A DNA stretch of 41,350 bases from a virus, in IMG/VR virus record IMGVR_UViG_3300033145_001228, positions 1 to 41,350 of that record; one strand, 5' to 3'. A program made the position numbers and the translations under genes. The stretch's first letter is position 1; each line of letters starts with the position of its first letter. Under the pieces are notes generated by a model. That model was not told the DNA's origin, made no database searches, and saw only the letters and a program-made list of their open reading frames with translations. Positions 1 through 7,883 of the stretch are shown one piece after another.

Positions 1-114
1 CATATAGTGCTTCTAAGATGAACCTCTGTCGTGGCAGGACTAGCTGGGTAATTGTATATTCCAAGTTTGTAAATCCCAGCAAAACCTGCGCCGGCTTTTG
101 CGTCATCACCAATC
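1..114. repeat. Terminal direct repeat, copy 1 (identical to 41237-41350)
   Basis: Direct comparison: catatagtgcttctaagatgaacc...cgtcatcaccaatc is present at both ends of the window. Confidence 0.95.
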
Positions 115-659
115 CCTGACATAACCCAATCACCGTCGTCATCACGAACATACATCATAAATGCTGTTTGAAAAAACAATACCCTTATTGTCCACCAGCT
201 AACATTGTCAAAAGCATAGTCAAATTGTTTAACCCAAGCGTTAGTAGAATCCCACAGCCATACGCTATCTTCTGAAATCATTATTTGGAAAAAACAAGTT
301 CCGTTAAAAAGAGCTATATAAAAGCAGTCATAATTATTAGAATTACCGTCAAACCCGCCTGCTAATTTATCAAACTTAACTTCTATCTGCCCTGTAGAAA
401 GCCCACGAGTTAATCCCCAATGTTGCCTTATACTATAACTATTAGCACCACCACTATTACCAACCTCTACATGCCATTGACCAGATGGGGATTCCTCGTC
501 AGTTACAACGGTTCCTGCTGTTATTGGGCCTAAATCATACCAATCACCACCATCCCAATCCTGTCCACCCAAAGCACTTATACTATCTTGTCGGATATGC
601 TGGTCTGTTTGTAAGATGCCTGTTATATTTACTTCTGCGTCTATTATTTTTTTAGCCAT
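1..659 (-). CDS. Tandem paralog A (function unknown; beta-rich jelly-roll is a guess), 5' part. The ORF runs off the left edge and finishes at 41209 across the circular junction (228 aa in total).
   Basis: ATG at 659, 3 nt after the stop of 663-1364. Translation MAKKIIDAEVNITGILQTDQH..., open to nt 1. Because 1-114 = 41237-41350, the frame continues to TAA at 41209-41211. Aligns end to end with 663-1364 and 40518-41207. Confidence 0.8.
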   Translation of the reverse strand, partial: MAKKIIDAEVNITGILQTDQHIRQDSISALGGQDWDGGDWYDLGPITAGTVVTDEESPSGQWHVEVGNSGGANSYSIRQHWGLTRGLSTGQIEVKFDKLAGGFDGNSNNYDCFYIALFNGTCFFQIMISEDSVWLWDSTNAWVKQFDYAFDNVSWWTIRVLFFQTAFMMYVRDDDGDWVMSGIGDDAKAGAGFAGIYKLGIYNYPASPATTEVHLRSTI

Positions 660-662
660 AGT

Positions 663-1364
663 TTATGTTGGATAAATTGCGCCAGATTGTGTTACACAAT
701 ATTTAACATGCGCTTCTGTTTCTGTCGGTGAAGGTGGATAATTATATACCCCCAACTTATAAATACCACTAAATGAAGAACTTAGTCTTGCATCATCACC
801 ACTACCAGCTAAAACCCAAGCACCGCCATTATCTTTAACCCACATAGTAAATGAATTTCTGTAAAAAATTACTCTAATAGTCCACCAGCTTGTATTATTA
901 AACGCATAAGCAAATTGTTGGACACTTGCTAAAACTGAACTTGTATCGTTATACCATACACTATCTTTACTTATAAAAATAACGTGAAAAGAAACGCCAT
1001 TAAAAAGTTGTATTGTAAAACAATCGAGGCTGGCGTTACTACCAACATATGCAGTTCCTAGTTGGTCAAACTTTACCTCTACCTGCATGGTAGCTGTTGG
1101 TATTTCAGGATTTGCTAATCCCCACAGATGTCTAAGCACAAAACTATCAGCACCACCAGCATTTCCTGCCTTACAATGCCATTGATCTGCGGGGCTTTCT
1201 TCATCGGTGAAAGTATTTGCAGTTGCCAAGCTCCAATCATCATAAATTTCTCCGCCATCTTGGTCTGAACCATCTATTCCGCTAGGATAATCTTGGATTA
1301 AATAATCATCAGTTTGTATTATGCCTGTTATGTCCGTGTCTGAATTTATTTCTTTTTTTCCCAT
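663..1364 (-). CDS. Tandem paralog B (233 aa, function unknown, candidate receptor-binding/decoration protein)
   Basis: Shares these blocks with both neighbours: I-x-GI[IL]QTD, EESPxxQxH, VKFDxL, [YL]DCFxI, DSVW, NxSW[WY]TIR, GDDA, T[TE]E[AV]H. No signal peptide. Confidence 0.8.
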   Translation of the reverse strand: MGKKEINSDTDITGIIQTDDYLIQDYPSGIDGSDQDGGEIYDDWSLATANTFTDEESPADQWHCKAGNAGGADSFVLRHLWGLANPEIPTATMQVEVKFDQLGTAYVGSNASLDCFTIQLFNGVSFHVIFISKDSVWYNDTSSVLASVQQFAYAFNNTSWWTIRVIFYRNSFTMWVKDNGGAWVLAGSGDDARLSSSFSGIYKLGVYNYPPSPTETEAHVKYCVTQSGAIYPT

Positions 1365-1373
1365 AATTTCATA

Positions 1374-2921
1374 TTAAGGTGTATACTTTTCCACCTCTAC
1401 TCCTTGAACCCAAATACTTAAACTGTCATCCACATTGGCTACAATATATGTATCAGAACCGTCGTCAGCGTTTAGAATTAATTTCTGGCCTTCATCTAAT
1501 AATATATCTACTTGAAAAGATTGGTCAGAAGAAAAATCGTTATCTGTTCCAACAACCGCTATAGTATCACTCACGTCGGGGATAGTTAATGTTCTTGTGT
1601 TCCCTGTTGTAATACCGCTTGCTTGAAAATCTACAATTTTAGTAATATCAGTTTCGTCAAATATTGTAAATTGATTGTCTGCAAAATTTGTTACAGTATT
1701 GGAACTTAAACTCCCCCCGCCTAATATACCAGCACGCAAGTCTTTTGTTGCTTCGACTGTCCATGTACCGCCACTTGCCACACTATGCTTAAATGTTATT
1801 CTTGCAACGAATATTCCTGTTGTACTGTCTTTCAGAAATTCTCTAGGGCCTGACAAGACATCGTAATTTTGAGAATCAGCAATAGCTGTAGATAAATTAT
1901 TATAACTTCCAGTGGGGAGATTCATAACCAACGGCGTATACTCACCTGTCTTGTTGGCAATTACACCGAATATAATATTAAAATATTTACCAGACATAGA
2001 ATCTCCATCTGCATCTGTAAGCTGAGTGTTCAGATTCGTTATATCGTCATATGGAGTCGTGTTATGGTTTACGACGTGCATAACATCTGTATCAGACATG
2101 TCTTTTGCTGGAACAGAATGGAGATGAGCTTGATAGGAAAATCCCGACGTAGTTTTAATATAAACATCATCAGGCGTGCCGACGTTTGTAACAATATCAA
2201 TAAAATTATCGCTTCCGTTACCGTCTATGCCTTTGAAATAGCCAGTGTGCATCCTGATGACTTCTGCCATGTGAAGCATATGCCCCATATTATTTGTACC
2301 TGCTAAATGGTCGTTCCAGTTCTGATTAATTAATGCACCTCGATTAGCAATATTTACAAAAGTTGCACTCTGAACAAAGAAGAATCCTACTTTGATGTGC
2401 TCTGTCGTGGGCCAAGCACTTGTTGATTTCGTAAGAACTTTTGTTGATTGAGGAATATATATCCAGTTTGCTTGCGGGGCTATATCACTTCCTGCGGTTA
2501 ATTCAATAGTGCAAATCGGAGTACAATCCAGCGGAGTATCAAAATCAGAGAATTGCATGATTAAATCACCGCCACCATTTGATTGCTCAAGAGTCATGTC
2601 AATAGTTGCACCATCGCTAGTTACAAAAGCGTCGAAGGTTTCTTTAAACGAACCATTGACAAATGTCCTCTGCAAGTATCTATTATCATGGTCTGTATTG
2701 GTTCCGGCTGTGTCCGGCATATCAGTAGCCGTTGAATGGACCGGCTGGATCCTTGTCCATAATCCGGTTGAAGAAAAGAATTGCAGCATATCCTCATCAG
2801 CTGCATTTATCGTTTCATCAAAATCACCTATTGAAGAGGTTGACCCAAATATATCAGCGCGGGCCAAAGGACAAAATAAAAACATAATCAAAATTGTAAT
2901 TATAAATTTATTTATCTTCAT
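1374..2921 (-). CDS. Fibre-like protein with Sec-type signal peptide (515 aa)
   Basis: N-terminus MKINKFIITILIMFLFCPLARA|D. The C-terminal part (NFADNQFTIFDETDITKIVDFQASGITTGNTRTLTIPDVSDTIAV) resembles motifs common in phage fibre proteins. Family assignment is from memory only. Confidence 0.55.
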   Translation of the reverse strand: MKINKFIITILIMFLFCPLARADIFGSTSSIGDFDETINAADEDMLQFFSSTGLWTRIQPVHSTATDMPDTAGTNTDHDNRYLQRTFVNGSFKETFDAFVTSDGATIDMTLEQSNGGGDLIMQFSDFDTPLDCTPICTIELTAGSDIAPQANWIYIPQSTKVLTKSTSAWPTTEHIKVGFFFVQSATFVNIANRGALINQNWNDHLAGTNNMGHMLHMAEVIRMHTGYFKGIDGNGSDNFIDIVTNVGTPDDVYIKTTSGFSYQAHLHSVPAKDMSDTDVMHVVNHNTTPYDDITNLNTQLTDADGDSMSGKYFNIIFGVIANKTGEYTPLVMNLPTGSYNNLSTAIADSQNYDVLSGPREFLKDSTTGIFVARITFKHSVASGGTWTVEATKDLRAGILGGGSLSSNTVTNFADNQFTIFDETDITKIVDFQASGITTGNTRTLTIPDVSDTIAVVGTDNDFSSDQSFQVDILLDEGQKLILNADDGSDTYIVANVDDSLSIWVQGVEVEKYTP

Positions 2922-3024
2922 TTTCTTTTCCGCAATACGGACACTTGTCTAAGTGTGAGCCATGAAGTTCTTTACATTGATCACAACAAATAATCACTGG
3001 ATCGTCTGTTACTTTGGTTTTCAA
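2908..3024 (-). CDS. Possible 38-aa zinc-ribbon micro-protein (TTG start)
   Basis: Open frame ..VIICCDQCKELHGSHLDKCPYCGKENEDK between two large genes. Its end overlaps the ATG of 1374-2921. Non-ATG start and no clear SD. Confidence 0.3.
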   Translation of the reverse strand: MKTKVTDDPVIICCDQCKELHGSHLDKCPYCGKENEDK

Positions 3025-3026
3025 TT

Positions 3027-4160
3027 TTAAAACCCATATCCTACTGTTACTGAGCCGCCACCGCCTGATTGTGTGTCGGTTTGATCTGCGCCCATGTTTG
3101 TATTATAGTCCCCAGTTAATCCGAAATTAGCTCCTGCACCAAAAATACCAACACCTTCTGCTGCTGTACTATCAGGTAGAGTGAAATCCCCACTTCCAGG
3201 GTTTGTTAATGTGATGTCTGAATCAATATCGTTTTGCCCTTCCGTTACATTTGAGTTACTTGAAGCGTCACCATCCCAAGAATTATAATCATATAAGTTG
3301 CTAGTGTATTCTGCTGTAAATGATACTGGCGTGGTACATTCATCAAAGAGATTATTTAAAAAGGTAGCATTGTTTCTAGTATTGCCATCAACGCAAGTGG
3401 TAGAATTATAAAACGTGTTGCCAATAATAGTTTCATTTGCGCTTGTTAGAAGAAGTCCTGTTGTGCAAGTATCCACAATATTTCCGATGAATGTGCCAAA
3501 TTGAGACATTTCTGCACATTGAACTGAATCATGCAAATAATTATTAATCCATGTTGCCCCCCAATTTCCGGTAGTAGTTATGTTTCCGTTATCGTCAGAA
3601 ATAATCTCACATCCAACAATATGTAATCCGTTTTCTGAGAAATGAACAGCTTGTGAAGAAGCGTTGGTCGAGCTATGGTCTATTCTAAGATTATACAGAA
3701 TTGAATCTACATCCATAGATACCCCATAGAATGCTCCTGTTTCAATATTTAGATTTGCAACTAGAAAATGGTCGTGAGGAGTTATCCTATAATCATTAGC
3801 TCCTGTTTGGAACAATGGCCTGTCCGAGCCATATGACCAATCAGCAGTTGTTGGCGGCTCTGCTGACGTTCCTGTTTTTACACCAATTAAGGCGCAAGGA
3901 AGTGCCGCAGTGCAGTTTCCTGTTGAAGCTAAACCACTTGTTATTGTATAAGTTCCATCTTCAAAGAAATATCTATCCCCTGCCTCTTGGCTACCTTCAA
4001 AGTCTGCTTCAAATTCTGAATAACTAAATGCAGAAGCCCAAGCCAAACCATCTTTCCCTGCGGCCCCTGCTACCGTTACGTAATAATCAGTTGCTGCACC
4101 CCAAGACATAGAGGGTATAAATATAATTAAGACAATTAATAATATACTTTTCTTATTCAA
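3027..4160 (-). CDS. Right-handed parallel beta-helix (pectate-lyase-like) protein with signal peptide; probable polysaccharide depolymerase
   Basis: Signal-like N-terminus MNKKSILLIVLIIFIPSMSWGAA. YYVTVAGAAGKDGLAWASAF start typical of beta-helix enzymes. Periodic motifs NLRIDHSS, IVGCEIISDD, INNYLHDS, FIGNIVDTC, IIGNTFYNS, FLNNLFDEC. Ends ..SVTVGYGF. Confidence 0.6.
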   Translation of the reverse strand: MNKKSILLIVLIIFIPSMSWGAATDYYVTVAGAAGKDGLAWASAFSYSEFEADFEGSQEAGDRYFFEDGTYTITSGLASTGNCTAALPCALIGVKTGTSAEPPTTADWSYGSDRPLFQTGANDYRITPHDHFLVANLNIETGAFYGVSMDVDSILYNLRIDHSSTNASSQAVHFSENGLHIVGCEIISDDNGNITTTGNWGATWINNYLHDSVQCAEMSQFGTFIGNIVDTCTTGLLLTSANETIIGNTFYNSTTCVDGNTRNNATFLNNLFDECTTPVSFTAEYTSNLYDYNSWDGDASSNSNVTEGQNDIDSDITLTNPGSGDFTLPDSTAAEGVGIFGAGANFGLTGDYNTNMGADQTDTQSGGGGSVTVGYGF

Positions 4161-4509
4161 TCACAGCCTCCAACCCCTCGTCTGTTATGAACTTTTCGAG
4201 CTGTTTGACTCTCGCATCAAGTTCTTCATAATAATTCAACTCAACAATTTCTTTTTCTGGTAGATAAATACTCTTATCAAAGGTATTGCTACCGTCAAGT
4301 AAACAGTTTATAACATTGCTTCTTATAAACATATTATTAATTACATTAGGTAGAGATGTATTCTCTTCCTCGCATATCATGTTCACCATAAAGAACATAT
4401 TTCCATTTGAGGCATAGTCAGCTTTAGGTTTTATGTTTTGTCTGCTGATAGTCGCTGCCAAGCAAACCCCACACATCATAAAAAATATAATCAAAGTCTT
4501 TCTTATCAT
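4153..4509 (-). CDS. Hypothetical secreted/anchored protein (118 aa)
   Basis: N-terminus MIRKTLIIFFMMCGVCLAA. Start/stop overlaps with neighbouring genes. Confidence 0.5.
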   Translation of the reverse strand: MIRKTLIIFFMMCGVCLAATISRQNIKPKADYASNGNMFFMVNMICEEENTSLPNVINNMFIRSNVINCLLDGSNTFDKSIYLPEKEIVELNYYEELDARVKQLEKFITDEGLEAVIE

Positions 4510-4512
4510 GTT

Positions 4513-4749
4513 CTATTTCTCCGAAAAATAAATGCTGCTGCCAGGCGGCAAGGCAAAACCTACATTATTTTCCCATTCAATATATTCCATAGCGTTAGCC
4601 CAAGAGGAACCACTTTTATCTCCCACACCTACATAGGCAACATATATTTCTTTTGGCTTTTTAATACTTCTAGTTTTCTCCAATGCTATTCCACCGAGAA
4701 GAAAAACCGTCAAACATAAAACTAATAAAACGCTTATTCTCTTAATCAA
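4513..4749 (-). CDS. 78-aa truncated paralog of the N-terminus of the beta-helix protein (remnant of a depolymerase cassette?)
   Basis: EIYVAYVGVGDKSGSSWANAMEYIEWE...PGSSIYFSEK aligns with DYYVTVAGAAGKDGLAWASAFSYSEFE...AGDRYFFEDG of 3027-4160. Has its own hydrophobic N-terminus and stops where the helix repeats would begin. Confidence 0.5.
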   Translation of the reverse strand: MIKRISVLLVLCLTVFLLGGIALEKTRSIKKPKEIYVAYVGVGDKSGSSWANAMEYIEWENNVGFALPPGSSIYFSEK

Positions 4750-4793
4750 TTTGTCCTCCTTTATAAAATTTTCAAAAAGTTTCTCATATTCTC

Positions 4794-5903
4794 CTAATCG
4801 TTATAACCATAAAATGATAAAGTACATTTAGTTACCGTTGCCGAGGATTCTATCTCGATACAAACTTGATCCCCCGCATCCCAGTCTGTTGTCATAGAAG
4901 TTAAAGAAGTATCGCTGGCAGAAACATCAGCAGATAGCGTTGGCTTCTCCGTTCCGGCTATGGAGTCACCATTTACTAATGGAGTGTCATTCCAAGTGTT
5001 TTTCCAAACATCTAATACTATACTTCCCGACTTATCACAATCAAAATACCATGCCGTAATCTTTTTATTGTTTGGTATTCTACTAGTACAAACAACCGGA
5101 TCAGTAATGCTTGCATCTATAGCAGTATCGCCATTCGTAATTACAAAATTGTGCATTATTGTCGCTTGATTGCTTAGGGCTGTTGATAACGCGGCAAAGG
5201 TGGTAAGGGCTGGCTCTTTATTATTAAACGTATCCCAATCTGTGTCGTTAAGATGTCCTGTCGTATCGGTATCTGCTACAACCGCTAAATGCGTAGCAAT
5301 AGCACTATTGATCTCTGTCGTGGCATCCGTACAGTTCTCTACTGCCCCTGCCGCATCAACCCCTAAAGGATATGAACCAGCCCCGCAATTTCCACCATTG
5401 GCTGCCAAAGCTGATGCCGTAGCACTCCTTAAATTTGCAACCTCTGTCACAGAGGCTACTACCAATGGCGGAGTTCCTGTTGCAACATCACTAGCAAAGG
5501 ACAAAGCCGTAATAATAAATGCCCCAACATCCCAACCAGCGGTCAATGGAACTGTACCATCGGCCAATAAATCTCCTGCCCCTGCCGCCGGACAATCTGT
5601 GCCATCTTCTAAGCATATTCCTTGAGTGTTTAGAGTTGTATCAACATGAAGATCACAGGAAGATGTTGAGCACTCAGTTGATGCAGTTCCAGGACTGGCC
5701 GCTTTAAACGCGTTACCTCCCTTACACACAAAAAGAGCCCCATCCGTATCAGAATCCGTATCCCAAAACTCATCACCAACAACACAAGTGGCCGGAACTG
5801 TTGTACCGGAAGGAGCCCGCAGAGGTCTACCGAATCCAAACTGAGCCTCTGCTACATGACCAACAAACAAGAACAAAATTAATAGAATTATTATCTTTTT
5901 CAT
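4794..5903 (-). CDS. Fibre-like protein with Sec-type signal peptide (369 aa)
   Basis: MKKIIILLILFLFVGHVAEA|Q. Internal LLADGTVPLTAGWDVGAFIITA and HLNDTDWDTFNNK motifs resemble phage fibre proteins (recognition from memory). Confidence 0.55.
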   Translation of the reverse strand: MKKIIILLILFLFVGHVAEAQFGFGRPLRAPSGTTVPATCVVGDEFWDTDSDTDGALFVCKGGNAFKAASPGTASTECSTSSCDLHVDTTLNTQGICLEDGTDCPAAGAGDLLADGTVPLTAGWDVGAFIITALSFASDVATGTPPLVVASVTEVANLRSATASALAANGGNCGAGSYPLGVDAAGAVENCTDATTEINSAIATHLAVVADTDTTGHLNDTDWDTFNNKEPALTTFAALSTALSNQATIMHNFVITNGDTAIDASITDPVVCTSRIPNNKKITAWYFDCDKSGSIVLDVWKNTWNDTPLVNGDSIAGTEKPTLSADVSASDTSLTSMTTDWDAGDQVCIEIESSATVTKCTLSFYGYND

Positions 5904-6259
5904 TATTGAACCGTTAATATTTTAATGTTAGCTGTTGCTCCTGAATTATTTGTTATAAAAATATTTATTATCTCTAATCCCATATCTCGCGGAATTTGAA
6001 GCTGGGCCTCAACATCCTTTAGAGTAATAACTGAATTACCAGTGTCATTAAACCTGATTGTAATGGTCTTGTCGCTTCTGATAAGACAGGCATGAGCCTT
6101 CTTCACGCTTGCAAAGGCATCCGCTTCATTATCGGAAACATCATAATTACTTTGACCATTATTAACCGTAAACTCAGCAGAATCATAGTTGTCATAAAAT
6201 TGCTGAGCCGTCAGCTTAGGAAGCTTTGTTGAATCATGAGCCTTCTTTTCTTTTCCCAT
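5903..6259 (-). CDS. Small beta-rich protein, paralog of 7154-7495 (118 aa)
   Basis: YDSAEFTVNNGQSNYDV...ITIRFND...FITNNSGATANIKILTV aligns with the 7154-7495 product. One-nt stop/start overlaps on both sides. Confidence 0.6.
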   Translation of the reverse strand: MGKEKKAHDSTKLPKLTAQQFYDNYDSAEFTVNNGQSNYDVSDNEADAFASVKKAHACLIRSDKTITIRFNDTGNSVITLKDVEAQLQIPRDMGLEIINIFITNNSGATANIKILTVQ

Positions 6260-7152
6260 TATTGACCTCTTCTCAGCTTAGTTTCCAGTGCTTTAAGTTC
6301 ACCTTGTTTAATCTCCAATTCATTCTGAAGATTCTTAAGATTCTTATCTTTAGCGTCGAGGTTAGCACGAACACCTTTTAATGATTCTTCTTTTCCTACA
6401 AGCTCTTTTTCAAACTTATCAAGCTTCTCAACCTTTTTATTGTAAGCCGCTTCTTTAGAATCAAGCTCTTTATCCCTTTCATCTAAAGCCATCTTTTCTT
6501 TCTTAAGATTGATCTTCGTTTGCTCAATTTCTGCATTGGCATCATTAATCCCTTCTGTTGCCTTTTCAAGATCAGCCCTTTCTTTCCCAATGCCTTCAGT
6601 CATATAACAAACATCCTCTTCCTTACTCTGCAATTCTTCTTCTTTTACAGAAAGATCTGTACTGAGGATATTTAGCCGGTTCTTTTCTTTTTCATTCTCA
6701 GCTTTTTGATCAATACACTTCTCATTATCCAGACTATATTGTTCCTGGTTAGAAATTAACTGATTCTGGTTTGACTTAAGATCATTTAAGTCTTTCCGGT
6801 ATTGTTTAAGCTTAGAAGATAGATCCGCATTAGCTTCATCAATACGTTTATTCTCTGCATCGGCAACGCGGGTAAATTCCTTATGATCCTTCTCAGCTTT
6901 AATTTTATAATCAGCAATAACCTTTCCCTGCTCCTCCTCTATTGCCTTAATCTTCTCGCTGGCCTTATCAATTTCAGCACTTACTGCAAAGAGCTCGTTA
7001 TTCTTCTGCGTAATTTCTCTTTCAAGATTGTCAGTATCAACAAACAGATCCTTATTATCTTCAAAGAAAGCGCCTACCTCATCAATAAGTTTAACAATTT
7101 GATCCTTAATGTTGACAAGCTTTTGATACTTCTTTAGGAAGTCTCCAATCAT
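6259..7152 (-). CDS. Long coiled-coil protein (297 aa, K/E/N-rich)
   Basis: Continuous heptad-like charged sequence with no hydrophobic core motifs. Tightly coupled to its neighbours. Confidence 0.6.
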   Translation of the reverse strand: MIGDFLKKYQKLVNIKDQIVKLIDEVGAFFEDNKDLFVDTDNLEREITQKNNELFAVSAEIDKASEKIKAIEEEQGKVIADYKIKAEKDHKEFTRVADAENKRIDEANADLSSKLKQYRKDLNDLKSNQNQLISNQEQYSLDNEKCIDQKAENEKEKNRLNILSTDLSVKEEELQSKEEDVCYMTEGIGKERADLEKATEGINDANAEIEQTKINLKKEKMALDERDKELDSKEAAYNKKVEKLDKFEKELVGKEESLKGVRANLDAKDKNLKNLQNELEIKQGELKALETKLRRGQ

Positions 7153-7153
7153 G

Positions 7154-7495
7154 TCAGTCTCCTTTTCTAACAGCTATTATTTTAATCGAAGCTGTACTGC
7201 CTGAGTTATTTGTTATGAACATATCCGTTATTTCCATAAGATCATCAAGCTCAAATGGTCTTGTTCTAGGAATGGTAACACCGCTGTTATTTGAGTTATT
7301 GAACTTGATTGTTATCTCCTCTGTTGTCCGGATATTTATTGTCGTATAAATCTTAAGCGAAACAAAAGCATTTGATTCATTGGCGCGCACATCATAATCA
7401 GACTGTCCGGTTGCAAGTGTAAACTCAATCGAATCGTACAGCCTCCCTAATGGCGGCTTGACCTTAAGTGAATCAAACGGACTATTTCCCCCCAC
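7154..7495 (-). CDS. Small beta-rich protein, paralog of 5903-6259 (about 113 aa, GTG start)
   Basis: YDSIEFTLATGQSDYDV...ITIKFNN...FITNNSGSTASIKIIAV. GTG at 7495 with AAAGG upstream. The longer track ORF (to 7720) runs through the preceding gene in another frame. Confidence 0.5.
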   Translation of the reverse strand: MGGNSPFDSLKVKPPLGRLYDSIEFTLATGQSDYDVRANESNAFVSLKIYTTINIRTTEEITIKFNNSNNSGVTIPRTRPFELDDLMEITDMFITNNSGSTASIKIIAVRKGD

Positions 7496-7883
7496 TTTTC
7501 TTACCTTTCTTCTTTTTTCTCTTTGCCGGTTTTTCTGTCTTATCCGCTTCAATGCCATGAGCATTGGCAGCATTTTCATGATCCTCTGATGAGGCCCCAT
7601 GATTATCATCAACCGAATCATCTCGCTCAGGTCCACTATCAGACGGAGATTCAAATTCTTTGGAAACATCTTCGCTCTTAGTTTCCGTAGCTGTTTTAAC
7701 TTCAGCAGGAAGAACCTCACAAATCATATTCCAATCTCTATCTCTCTGACCAAACAACCAATTAATAGCCTCAGCCGGATATTCCTTGATAGGAGTTTTC
7801 TTTGTGAATGTATACCGCTTACCGTTAAAATCCCAGGGAATCATATCCTCTGTGCCTCTGTACCTAATCCTTAATGTATCCAT
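7482..7883 (-). CDS. Hypothetical protein with acidic middle and KRKKKKGKK tail (133 aa)
   Basis: ATG at 7883 preceded by AAGGAGAAGATGAA. The track ORF start at 7943 lies inside the upstream membrane-protein gene. Confidence 0.55.
   Translation of the reverse strand: MDTLRIRYRGTEDMIPWDFNGKRYTFTKKTPIKEYPAEAINWLFGQRDRDWNMICEVLPAEVKTATETKSEDVSKEFESPSDSGPERDDSVDDNHGASSEDHENAANAHGIEADKTEKPAKRKKKKGKKSGGK

Noticed and set aside
2509-2952. Plus-strand ORFs throughout the window, e.g. 2509-2952, 5170-5625, 10585-10995, 13030-13392 and 32968-33324.
   Set aside because: Each lies antisense to a longer minus-strand gene with recognisable protein features. None has an SD or start context, and their products are low-complexity or hydrophobic shadow translations. 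I find no supported plus-strand gene.
7482-7560. Programmed frameshift joining 7482-7883 to 7154-7495 at the A-AAA-AAG heptamer.
   Set aside because: A -1 slip at that heptamer runs into TAA after four codons. The downstream gene is in the +1 frame, where no suitable slippery site is evident. An independent GTG start with an AAAGG SD explains the arrangement.
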